DNA of 64,000 nt. Origin: Macrostomum lignano. Taxonomy: Eukaryota. Shown one piece after another: positions 1 through 12,400 of this stretch. Both the position numbers and the translations under genes were made by a program. Position 1 is the first letter of the stretch, and each line of letters starts with the position of its first letter. Under the pieces are notes generated by a model, which saw nothing but the letters and a program-made list of their open reading frames with translations, did not search any database and was not told where the DNA came from. Where the stretch lies: the NCBI GenBank assembly GCA_002269645.1, contig NIVC01000891.1:248001-312000 (forward strand), in the 5' to 3' direction.

Positions 1-429
1 AATCAACAAAACTAATCATCACCAAACTACTAAGCTAAACTACGGAATCAAAAGCACACGCTCGTACGGCTATCTGGCTTTAAAGAGGTAGCCTAATCAA
101 AATAATAAAAAAGAAAATAGGAGAGTAAACACATCTCAGTAAGGATAAGACAACACACGCACAGATACTTACCCGTCAGAAAGGAATTATTAGTACATTT
201 GAAAACAACACAGAAATAGCTAAAAGCCGGAAATGCCAGTGAGAAAGCCAGAGTTTCGGCATGCCAGACTTTGGCCAATCGAACTCAGCAACAGCAATAG
301 AGGGTTCGCTAAATAATTTCAGCGCCATGCCGAACCACAAAAAGCACAACAAATTCACAAAAGCTAAAAGCTACAAATGCCATAAGAAAAGCGACAGTAC
401 TTATTAATTACGACACCAAAGAATCTTAC

Positions 430-3400
430 CGAACTCTCCAGTGACACGTATTGCAGAATATCAGAATACGAGCACTCAACGATTTGACCAAATCCAGACA
501 CCAACCCAGAGCTCAGAGTGTTACCAGAGAAGGATGAAGTCAGGGAGCGAGAGTCCAAAGGTGAACGTAGAAAACTTTGAGAAGAAGTATTGCCTACATT
601 GCTTGGGTCAAAAGAGCTCGAACCTCCGCTCGCCTCAACTGAAGATATGCTTAGCGAAGAGGGGCGTCTTACAACTGCACCAGATTGCAGGCCTGGTGGA
701 CTGGATTCCAATCGCAACTCCTCAGCCTCCTTAAAAGCTTCCTGTGCATTCTTATCACACTGCTCTGCTGCTCCGTTGCTTTCCTGGTCTGCGCGCAGCT
801 CGAGCTCTTTGATTTCGGGCTTCAGCTGCTCTTGTCGCTCTTCTGACGGACGCGACTCGGCGGCTTGCGCGTCTGTTGGAGACACCTCGTCCTTGACCTC
901 AGCCTGCCCAGCAGCCTCTTCTGGCTTTGGTACTGCATCGCTTTCCTGGTCTGCGCGCAGCACGAGCTTTTTGGTTTCAGGCTTCAGCTGCTCTTGTCGC
1001 TCTTCTGACGGGCGCGACTCGGAAGCTTGCGCGTCTGTTGGAGCCGCCTCGTTCTTGACCTCAGCCTGCTTAACAGCATCTTCAGGCTTCGGAGCTTCTC
1101 GGCTCTCCTGATCTGCGCGCAGCTCGAGCTCTTTGGTTTCAGGCTTCACCTGCTCTTGTCGCTCTTCTGACGGACGCGACTCGGCGGCTTGCGCGTCTGT
1201 TGGAGACACCTCGTCCTTGACCTCAGCCTGCCCAGCAGCCTCTTCTGGCTTTGGTACTGCATCGCTTTCCTGGTCTGCGCGCAGCACGAGCTTTTTGGTT
1301 TCAGGCTTCAGCTGCTCTTGTCGCTCTTCTGACGGACGCGACTCGGAAGCTTGCGCGTCTGTTGGAGCCGCCTCGTTCTTGACCTCAGCCTGCTTAACAG
1401 CATCTTCAGGCTTCGGAGCTTCTCGGCTCTCCTGATCTGCGCGCAGCTCGAGCTCTTTGGTTTCAGGCTTCAGCTGCTCTTGTCGCTCTTCTGACGGACG
1501 CGACTCGGCGGCTTGCGCGTCTGTTGGAGCCGCCTCGTCCTTGACCTCAGTTTTTTCGGCAGCCTCTTCAGGCTTTGGAGCTTCTCGGCTCTCCTGATCT
1601 GCGCGCAGCTCGAGCTCTTTGGTTTCAGGCTTCAGCTGCTCTTGTCGCTCTTCTGACGGACGCGACTCGGCGGCCTCCGCCTCTGTTGGAGACACCTCGT
1701 CCTTGGCCTCAGCCTGCCCAGCAGCCTCTTCTGGCTTTGCTACTGCACCGCTTTCCTGGTCTGCGCGCAGCACGAGCTCTTTGGCTTCGGGCTTCAGCTG
1801 CTCTTGTCGCTCTTCTGACGGACGCGACTCTGAGGCCTCCGCCGCTGTTGGAGCCGCCTCGTCCTTGACCTCAGTCTTTTCGGCAGCCTCTTCAGGCTCC
1901 GGAGCCTCTCGGCTCTCCTGATCTCCACGCAGCTCGAGCTCTTTGGTTTCAGGCTTCAGCTGCTCTTGTCGCTCTTCTGACGGGCGCGACTCGGAAGCTT
2001 GCGCGTCTGTTGGAGCCGCCTCGTTCTTGACCTCAGCCTGCTTAACAGCCTCTTCAGGCTTCGGAGCTTTTCGGCTCTCCTGATCTGCGCGCAGCTCGAG
2101 CTCTTTGATTTCGGGCTTCAGCTGCTCTTGTCGCTCTTCTGACGGACGCGACTCGGCGGCTTGCGCGTCTGTTGGAGACACCTCGTCCTTGACCTCAGCC
2201 TGCCCAGCAGCCTCTTCTGGCTTTGGTACTGCATCGCTTTCCTGGTCTGCGCGCAGCACGAGCTTTTTGGTTTCAGGCTTCAGCTGCTCTTGTCGCTCTT
2301 CTGACGGGCGCGACTCGGAAGCTTGCGCGTCTGTTGGAGCCGCCTCGTTCTTGACCTCAGCCTGCTTAACAGCATCTTCAGGCTTCGGAGCTTCTCGGCT
2401 CTCCTGATCTGCGCGCAGCTCGAGCTCTTTGGTTTCAGGCTTCACCTGCTCTTGTCGCTCTTCTGACGGACGCGACTCGGCGGCTTGCGCGTCTGTTGGA
2501 GACACCTCGTCCTTGACCTCAGCCTGCCCAGCAGCCTCTTCTGGCTTTGGTACTGCATCGCTTTCCTGGTCTGCGCGCAGCACGAGCTTTTTGGTTTCAG
2601 GCTTCAGCTGCTCTTGTCGCTCTTCTGACGGACGCGACTCGGAAGCTTGCGCGTCTGTTGGAGCCGCCTCGTTCTTGACCTCAGCCTGCTTAACAGCATC
2701 TTCAGGCTTCGGAGCTTCTCGGCTCTCCTGATCTGCGCGCAGCTCGAGCTCTTTGGTTTCAGGCTTCAGCTGCTCTTGTCGCTCTTCTGACGGACGCGAC
2801 TCGGCGGCTTGCGCGTCTGTTGGAGCCGCCTCGTCCTTGACCTCAGTTTTTTCGGCAGCCTCTTCAGGCTTTGGAGCTTCTCGGCTCTCCTGATCTGCGC
2901 GCAGCTCGAGCTCTTTGGTTTCAGGCTTCAGCTGCTCTTGTCGCTCTTCTGACGGACGCGACTCGGCGGCCTCCGCCTCTGTTGGAGACACCTCGTCCTT
3001 GGCCTCAGCCTGCCCAGCAGCCTCTTCTGGCTTTGCTACTGCACCGCTTTCCTGGTCTGCGCGCAGCACGAGCTCTTTGGCTTCGGGCTTCAGCTGCTCT
3101 TGTCGCTCTTCTGACGGACGCGACTCTGAGGCCTCCGCCGCTGTTGGAGCCGCCTCGTCCTTGACCTCAGTCTTTTCGGCAGCCTCTTCAGGCTCCGGAG
3201 CCTCTCGGCTCTCCTGATCTCCACGCAGCTCGAGCTCTTTGGTTTCAGGCTTCAGCTGCTCTTGTCGCTCTTCTGACGGGCGCGACTCGGAAGCTTGCGC
3301 GTCTGTTGGAGCCGCCTCGTTCTTGACCTCAGCCTGCTTAACAGCCTCTTCAGGCTTCGGAGCTTTTCGGCTCTCCTGATCTGCGCGCAGCTCGAGCTCT

Positions 3401-6400
3401 TTGGTTTCAGGCTTCAGCTGCTCTTGTCGCTCTTCTGACGGACGCGACTCGGCAGCTTGTGCGTCTGTTGGAGACACCTCGTCCTTGACCCCAGCCTGCC
3501 CAGCAGCCCCTTCTGGCTTCGGTACTGCACCGCTTTCCTGGTCTGCGCGCAGCTCGAGCTCTTTGGTTTCAGGCTTCAGCTGCTCTTGTCGCTTTTCTGA
3601 CGGAAGTGACTCGGCGGGTTGCGCGTCTGTTGGAGCCGCCTCGTCCTTGACCTCAGTCTTTACGGCAGCCTCTTCAGGCTTTGGAGCTTCTCGGCTCTCC
3701 TGATCTGCGCGCAGCTCGAGCTCTTTGGTTTCGGGCTTCAGCTGCTCTTGTCGCTTTTCTGACGGACGCGACTCGGCGGCCTCCGCCTCTGTTGGAGAAA
3801 CCTCGTCCTTGAACTCATTCTGCCCAGCAGCCTGTTCTGGCTTTGGTACTGCATCGCTTTCCTGGTCTGCGCGCAGAACGAGCTCTTTGGTTTCGGGCTT
3901 CAGCTGCTCTTGTCGCTCTTCTGACGGGCGCGACTCGGCGGCTTGCGCGTCTGTTGGAGCCGGCTCGTCCTTGACCTCAGCCTGCTTAACAGCATCTTCA
4001 GGCTCCGGAGCTTCTTGGCTCTCCTGATCTGCGCGCAGCTCGAGCTCTTTGGCTTCGGGCTTCAGCTGCTCTTGTCGCTCTTCTGACGGACGCGACTCGG
4101 CGGCTTGCGCGTCTGTTGGAGCCGGCTCGTCCTTGACCTCAGCCTGCTTAACAGCATCTTCAGGCTCCGGAGCTTCTTGGCTCTCCTGATCTGCGCGCAG
4201 CTCGAGCTCTTTGGCTTTAAGCTTCGGCTGCTCTTGTCGCTCTTCTGACGGACGCGACTTGGCAGCTTGCGCGTCCGTTGGAGACACCTCGTCCTTGACC
4301 TCAGTCTTTTCGGCAGCCTCTTCAGGCTTTGGAGCTTCTTGGCTCTCCTGATCTGCGCGCAGCTCGATCTCTTTGGTTTCGGGCTTCAGCTGCTCTTGTC
4401 GCTCTTCTGACGGGCGCGACTTGGCGGCTTGCGCGTCTGTTGGAGCCGGCTCGTCCTTGACCTCAGCCTGCTTAACAACATCTTCAGGCTCCGGAGCTTC
4501 TCGGCTCTCCTGATCTGCGCGCAGCTCGAGCTCTTTGGCTTCGGGCTTCAGCTGCTCTTGTCGCTCTTCTGACGGACGCGACTCGGCGGCTTGCGCGTCT
4601 GTTCGAGCCGGCTCGTCCTTGACCTCAGCCTGCTTAACAGCATCTTCAGGCTCCGGAGCTTCTCGGCTCTCCTGATCTGCGCGCAGCTCGAGCTCTTTGG
4701 CTTTAAGCTTCAGCTGCTCTTGTCGCTCTTCTGATGGACGCGACTCGGCGGCCTCTGCCTCTGTTGGAGACACCTCGTCCTTGGCCTCAGCCTGCCCAGC
4801 AGCCTCTTCTGGCTTTGCTACTGCACCGCTTTCCTGGTCTGCGCGCAGCACGAGCTCTTTGGTTTCGGGCTTCAGCTGCTCTTGTCGCTCTTCTGACGGA
4901 CGCGACTCGGCGGCTTGCGCGTCTGTTGGAGCCGCCTCGTCCTTGACCTCAGTCTTTTCGGCAGCCTCTTCAGGCTTTGGAGCTTCTTGGCTCTCCTGAT
5001 CTGCGCGCAGCTCGATCTCTTTGGTTTCGGGCTTCAGCTGCTCTTGTCGCTCTTCTGACGGGCGCGACTTGGCGGCTTGCGCGTCTGTTGGAGCCGGCTC
5101 GTCCTTGACCTCAGCCTGCTTAACAACATCTTCAGGCTCCGGAGCTTCTCGGCTCTTCTGATCTGCGCGCAGCTCGAGCTCTTTGGCTTCGGGCTTCAGC
5201 TGCTCTTGTCGCTCTTCTGACGGACGCGACTCGGCGGCTTGCGCGTCTGTTGGAGCCGCCTCGTCCTTGACCTCAGTCTTTTCGGCAGCCTCTTCAGGCT
5301 TCGGAGCTTCTCGGCTCTCCTGATCTGCGCGCAGCTCGAGCTCTTTGGCTTCGGGCTTCAGCTGCTCTTGTCGCTCTTCTGACGAACGCGACTCGGCGGC
5401 CTGTTTCTGTTTTGCAGTTAATCTCTCAGTCTTTGTGTTCTCTGGTACTGGGTGACTTGGTTCCTGCAATTGTACAGCCAATACGCGGGTTTCAGATTCG
5501 ACAACCACTGTCGTTTCCGAACCCTTGCGGCCTGCACTGAGTTGCTCTTTACTCTCAGTGGCGGTATCGGTTGTGACCTTCGACGGCACGGATGTCGTAT
5601 CAGCATCCTCACTAAGCCTATGCTCTGCATTGTCAATTTTAGGCCGTTCCCAATCGACTAATTCCGTTGGCTTTGAGGATTCAAAACCTAATGCCTCAGA
5701 AGGCTGAGCAGCCTCTTCTAGCTTTGGCGCTGCAGCGATTTTCGGGTCCGCGCGCAGCTCGAGCTCTTTGGCTTCGGGCTTCAGCTGCTCTTGTCGCTCT
5801 TCTGACGGACGCGACTCGGCGGCTTGCGCGTCTGTTGGAGCCGGCTCGTCCTTGACCTCAGCCTGCTTAACAGCATCTTCAGGCTCCGGAGCTTCTTGGC
5901 TCTCCTGATCTGCGCGCAGCTCGAGCTCTTTGGTTTCGGGCTTCAGCTGCTCTTGTCGCTCTTCTGACGGACGCGACTCGGCAGCTTGCGCGTCTGTTGG
6001 AGACACCTCGTCCTTGACCTCAGTCTTTTCGGCAGCCTCTTCAGGCTTTGGAGCTTCTCGGCTCTCCTGATCTGCGCGCAGCTCGATCTCTTTGGTTTCG
6101 GGCTTCAGCTGCTCTTGTCGCTCTTCTGACGGACGCGACTCGGCGGCTTGCGCGTCTGTTGGAGCCGCCTCGTCCTTGACCTCAGTCTTTACGGCAGCCT
6201 CTTCAGGCTTTGGAGCTTCTTGGCTCTCCTGATCTGCGCGCAGCTCGATCTCTTTGGTTTCGGGCTTCAGCTGCTCTTGTCGCTCTTCTGACGGGCGCGA
6301 CTTGGCGGCTTGCGCGTCTGTTGGAGCCGGCTCGTCCTTGACCTCAGCCTGCTTAACAACATCTTCAGGCTCCGGAGCTTCTCGGCTCTTCTGATCTGCG

Positions 6401-9400
6401 CGCAGCTCGAGCTCTTTGGCTTCGGGCTTCAGCTGCTCTTGTCGCTCTTCTGACGGACGCGACTCGGCGGCTTGCGCGTCTGTTGGAGCCGGCTCGTCCT
6501 TGACCTCAGCCTGCTTAACAGCATCTTCAGGCTCCGGAGCTTCTTGGCTCTCCTGATCTGCGCGCAGCTCGAGCTCTTTGGCTTTAAGCTTCAGCTGCTC
6601 TTGTCGCTCTTCTGACGGACGCGACTTGGCAGCTTGCGCGTCCGTTGGAGACACCTCGTCCTTGACCTCAGTCTTTTCGGCAGCCTCTTCAGGCTTTGGA
6701 GCTTCTCGGCTCTCCTGATCTGCGCGCAGCTCGATCTCTTTGGTTTCGGGCTTCAGCTGCTCTTGTCGCTCTTCTGATGGACGCGACTCGGCGGCCTCCG
6801 CCTCTGTTGGAGACACCTCGTCCTTGGCCTCAGCCTGCCCAGCAGCCTCTTCTGGCTTTGCTACTGCACCGCTTTCCTGGTCTGCGCGCAGCACGAGCTC
6901 TGTGGCTTCGGGCTTCAGCTGCTCTTGTCGCTCTTCTGACAGACGCGACTCGGCGGCTTGCGCGTCTGTTGGAGCCGCCTCGTCCTTGACCTCAGTTTTT
7001 TCGGCAGCCTCTTCAGGCTTCGGAGCTTCTCGGCTCTCCTGATCTGCGCGCAGCTCGAGCTCTTTGGTTTCGGGCTTCAGCTGCTCTTGTCGCTTTTCTG
7101 ACGGACGCGACTCGGCGGCCTCCGCCTCTGTTGGAGAAACCTCGTCCTTGAACTCATTCTGCCCAGCAGCCTGTTCTGGCTTTGGTACTGCATCGCTTTC
7201 CTGGTCTGCGCGCAGAACGAGCTCTTTGGTTTCGGGCTTCAGCTGCTCTTGTCGCTCTTCTGACGGGCGCGACTTGGCGGCTTGCGCGTCTGTTGGAGCC
7301 GGCTCGTCCTTGACCTCAGCCTGCTTAACAACATCTTCAGGCTCCGGAGCTTCTCGGCTCTCCTGATCTGCGCGCAGCTCGAGCTCTTTGGCTTCGGGCT
7401 TCAGCTGCTCTTGTCGCTCTTCTGACGGACGCGACTCGGCGGCTTGCGCGTCTGTTCGAGCCGGCTCGTCCTTGACCTCAGCCTGCTTAACAGCATCTTC
7501 AGGCTCCGGAGCTTCTCGGCTCTCCTGATCTGCGCGCAGCTCGAGCTCTTTGGCTTTAAGCTTCAGCTGCTCTTGTCGCTCTTCTGATGGACGCGACTCG
7601 GCGGCCTCTGCCTCTGTTGGAGACACCTCGTCCTTGGCCTCAGCCTGCCCAGCAGCCTCTTCTGGCTTTGCTACTGCACCGCTTTCCTGGTCTGCGCGCA
7701 GCACGAGCTCTTTGGTTTCGGGCTTCAGCTGCTCTTGTCGCTCTTCTGACGGACGCGACTCGGCGGCTTGCGCGTCTGTTGGAGCCGCCTCGTCCTTGAC
7801 CTCAGTCTTTTCGGCAGCCTCTTCAGGCTTTGGAGCTTCTTGGCTCTCCTGATCTGCGCGCAGCTCGATCTCTTTGGTTTCGGGCTTCAGCTGCTCTTGT
7901 CGCTCTTCTGACGGGCGCGACTTGGCGGCTTGCGCGTCTGTTGGAGCCGGCTCGTCCTTGACCTCAGCCTGCTTAACAACATCTTCAGGCTCCGGAGCTT
8001 CTCGGCTCTTCTGATCTGCGCGCAGCTCGAGCTCTTTGGCTTCGGGCTTCAGCTGCTCTTGTCGCTCTTCTGACGGACGCGACTCGGCGGCTTGCGCGTC
8101 TGTTGGAGCCGCCTCGTCCTTGACCTCAGTCTTTTCGGCAGCCTCTTCAGGCTTCGGAGCTTCTCGGCTCTCCTGATCTGCGCGCAGCTCGAGCTCTTTG
8201 GCTTCGGGCTTCAGCTGCTCTTGTCGCTCTTCTGACGAACGCGACTCGGCGGCCTGTTTCTGTTTTGCAGTTAATCTCTCAGTCTTTGTGTTCTCTGGTA
8301 CTGGGTGACTTGGTTCCTGCAATTGTACAGCCAATACGCGGGTTTCAGATTCGACAACCACTGTCGTTTCCGAACCCTTGCGGCCTGCACTGAGTTGCTC
8401 TTTACTCTCAGTGGCGGTATCGGTTGTGACCTTCGACGGCACGGATGTCGTATCAGCATCCTCACTAAGCCTATGCTCTGCATTGTCAATTTTAGGCCGT
8501 TCCCAATCGACTAATTCCGTTGGCTTTGAGGATTCAAAACCTAATGCCTCAGAAGGCTGAGCAGCCTCTTCTAGCTTTGGCGCTGCAGCGATTTTCGGGT
8601 CCGCGCGCAGCTCGAGCTCTTTGGCTTCGGGCTTCAGCTGCTCTTGTCGCTCTTCTGACGGACGCGACTCGGCGGCTTGCGCGTCTGTTGGAGCCGGCTC
8701 GTCCTTGACCTCAGCCTGCTTAACAGCATCTTCAGGCTCCGGAGCTTCTTGGCTCTCCTGATCTGCGCGCAGCTCGAGCTCTTTGGCTTCGGGCTTCAGC
8801 TGCTCTTGTCGCTCTTCTGACGGACGCGACTCGGCAGCTTGCGCGTCTGTTGGAGACACCTCGTCCTTGACCTCAGTCTTTTCGGCAGCCTCTTCAGGCT
8901 TTGGAGCTTCTCGGCTCTCCTGATCTGCGCGCAGCTCGATCTCTTTGGTTTCGGGCTTCAGCTGCTCTTGTCGCTCTTCTGACGGACGCGACTCGGCGGC
9001 TTGCGCGTCTGTTGGAGCCGCCTCGTCCTTGACCTCAGTCTTTACGGCAGCCTCTTCAGGCTTTGGAGCTTCTTGGCTCTCCTGATCTGCGCGCAGCTCG
9101 ATCTCTTTGGTTTCGGGCTTCAGCTGCTCTTGTCGCTCTTCTGACGGGCGCGACTTGGCGGCTTGCGCGTCTGTTGGAGCCGGCTCGTCCTTGACCTCAG
9201 CCTGCTTAACAACATCTTCAGGCTCCGGAGCTTCTCGGCTCTTCTGATCTGCGCGCAGCTCGAGCTCTTTGGCTTCGGGCTTCAGCTGCTCTTGTCGCTC
9301 TTCTGACGGACGCGACTCGGCGGCTTGCGCGTCTGTTGGAGCCGGCTCGTCCTTGACCTCAGCCTGCTTAACAGCATCTTCAGGCTCCGGAGCTTCTTGG

Positions 9401-12400
9401 CTCTCCTGATCTGCGCGCAGCTCGAGCTCTTTGGCTTTAAGCTTCAGCTGCTCTTGTCGCTCTTCTGACGGACGCGACTTGGCAGCTTGCGCGTCCGTTG
9501 GAGACACCTCGTCCTTGACCTCAGTCTTTTCGGCAGCCTCTTCAGGCTTTGGAGCTTCTCGGCTCTCCTGATCTGCGCGCAGCTCGATCTCTTTGGTTTC
9601 GGGCTTCAGCTGCTCTTGTCGCTCTTCTGATGGACGCGACTCGGCGGCCTCCGCCTCTGTTGGAGACACCTCGTCCTTGGCCTCAGCCTGCCCAGCAGCC
9701 TCTTCTGGCTTTGCTACTGCACCGCTTTCCTGGTCTGCGCGCAGCACGAGCTCTGTGGCTTCGGGCTTCAGCTGCTCTTGTCGCTCTTCTGACGGACGCG
9801 ACTCGGCGGCTTGCGCGTCTGTTGGAGCCGCCTCGTCCTTGACCTCAGTTTTTTCGGCAGCCTCTTCAGGCTTCGGAGCTTCTCGCTCTCCTGATCTGCG
9901 CGCAGCTCGAGCTCTTTGGTTTCGGGCTTCAGCTGCTCTTGTCGCTTTTCTGACGGACGCGACTCGGCGGCCTCCGCCTCTGTTGGAGAAACCTCGTCCT
10001 TGAACTCATTCTGCCCAGCAGCCTGTTCTGGCTTTGGTACTGCATCGCTTTCCTGGTCTGCGCGCAGAACGAGCTCTTTGGTTTCGGGCTTCAGCTGCTC
10101 TTGTCGCTCTTCTGACGGGCGCGACTCGGCGGCTTGCGCGTCTGTTGGAGCCGGCTCGTCCTTGACCTCAGCCTGCTTAACAGCATCTTCAGGCTCCGGA
10201 GCTTTTTGGCTCTCCTGATCTGCGCGCAGCTCGAGCTCTTTGGCTTTAAGCTTCAGCTGCTCTTGTCGCTCTTCTGACGGACGCGACTCGGCAGCTTGCG
10301 CGTCTGTTGGAGACACCTCGTCCTTGACCTCAGTCTTTTCGGCAGCCTCTTCAGGCTTTGGAGCTTCTTGGCTCTCCTGATCTGCGCGCAGCTCGATCTC
10401 TTTGGTTTCGGGCTTCAGCTGCTCTTGTCGCTCTTCTGACGGGCGCGACTTGGCGGCTTGCGCGTCTGTTGGAGCCGGCTCGTCCTTGACCTCAGCCTGC
10501 TTAACAACATCTTCAGGCTCCGGAGCTTCTCGGCTCTCCTGATCTGCGCGCAGCTCGAGCTCTTTGGCTTCGGGCTTCAGCTGCTCTTGTCGCTCTTCTG
10601 ACGGACGCGACTCGGCGGCTTGCGCGTCTGTTGGAGCCGCCTCGTCCTTGACCTCAGCCTGCTTAACAGCATCTTCAGGCTCCGGAGCTTCTCGGCTCTC
10701 CTGATCTGCGCGCAGCTCGAGCTCTTTGGCTTTAAGCTTCGGCTGCTCTTGTCGCTCTTCTGATGGACGCGACTCGGCGGCCTCTGCCTCTGTTGGAGAC
10801 ACCTCGTCCTTGGCCTCAGCCTGCCCAGCAGCCTCTTCTGGCTTTGCTACTGCACCGCTTTCCTGGTCTGCGCGCAGCACGAGCTCTGTGGCTTCGGGCT
10901 TCAGCTGCTCTTGTCGCTCTTCTGACGGACGCGACTCGGCGGCTTGCGCGTCTGTTGGAGCCGCCTCGTCCTTGACCTCAGTCTTTTCGGCAGCCTCTTC
11001 AGGCTTCGGAGCTTCTCGGCTCTCCTGATCTGCGCGCAGCTCGAGCTCTTTGGCTTCGGGCTTCAGCTGCTCTTGTCGCTCTTCTGACGAACGCGACTCG
11101 GCGGCCTGTTCCTGTTTTGCAGTTAATCTCTCAGTCTTTGTGTTCTCTGGTACTGGGTGACTTGGTTCCTGCAATTGTACAGCCAATACGCGGGTTTCAG
11201 ATTCGACAACCACTGTCGTTTCCGAACCCTTGGGGCCTGCGCTGAGTTGCTCTTTACTCTCAGTGGCGGTATCGGTTGTGACCTTCGACGGCACGGATGT
11301 CGTATCAGCATCCTCACTAAGCCTATGCTCTGCATTGTCAATTTTAGGCCGTTCCCAATCGACTAATTCCGTTGGCTTTGAGGATTCAAAACCTAATGCC
11401 TCAGAAGGCTGAGCAGCCTCTTCTAGCTTTGGCGCTGCAGCGATTTTCGGGTCCGCGCGCAGCTCGAGCTCTTTGGCTTCGGGCTTCAGCTGCTCTTGTC
11501 GCTCTTCTGACGGACGCGACTCGGCGGCTTGCGCGTCTGTTGGAGCCGGCTCGTCCTTGACCTCAGCCTGCTTAACAGCATCTTCAGGCTCCGGAGCTTC
11601 TTGGCTCTCCTGATCTGCGCGCAGCTCGAGCTCTTTGGCTTCGGGCTTCAGCTGCTCTTGTCGCTCTTCTGACGGACGCGACTCGGCAGCTTGCGCGTCT
11701 GTTGGAGACACCTCGTCCTTGACCTCAGTCTTTTCGGCAGCCTCTTCAGGCTTTGGAGCTTCTCGGCTCTCCTGATCTGCGCGCAGCTCGATCTCTTTGG
11801 TTTCGGGCTTCAGCTGCTCTTGTCGCTCTTCTGACGGACGCGACTCGGCGGCTTGCGCGTCTGTTGGAGCCGCCTCGTCCTTGACCTCAGTCTTTACGGC
11901 AGCCTCTTCAGGCTTTGGAGCTTCTTGGCTCTCCTGATCTGCGCGCAGCTCGAGCTCTTTGGCTTCGGGCTTCAGCTGCTCTTGTCGCTCTTCTGATGGA
12001 CGCGACTCGGCGGCCTCCGCCTCTGTTGGAGAAACCTCGTCCTTGACCTCAGCCTGCTTAACAGCATCTTCAGGCTCCGGAGCTTCTCGGCTCTCCTGAT
12101 CTGCACGCAGCTCGAGCTCTTTGGTTTCAGGCTTCAGCTGCTCTTGTCGCTCTTCTGACGGACGCGACTCGGCGGCTTGCGCGTCTGTTGGAGCCGCCTC
12201 GTCCTTGACCTCAGTCTTTTCGGCAGCCTCTTCAGGCTTTGGAGCTTCTCGGCTCTCCTGATCTGCGCGCAGCTCGAGCTCTTTGGCTTCGGGCTTTAGC
12301 TGCTCTTGTCGCTCTTCTGATGGACGCGACTCGGCGGCCTCCGCCTCTGTTGGAGAAACCTCGTCCTTGAACTCATTCTGCCCAGCAGCCTGTTCTGGCT

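Noticed and set aside
170-363. Next exon downstream of the giant exon within the window
   Set aside because: A GTAAGT donor exists near 170, but the phase-0 acceptors I examined hit stops quickly; not supportable.
1915-3235. Two RGD motifs (ELELRGDQES)
   Set aside because: Single A->G variant of RAD duplicated by the 1296-bp block; the protein is a cytoplasmic cytolinker, so integrin binding is implausible.
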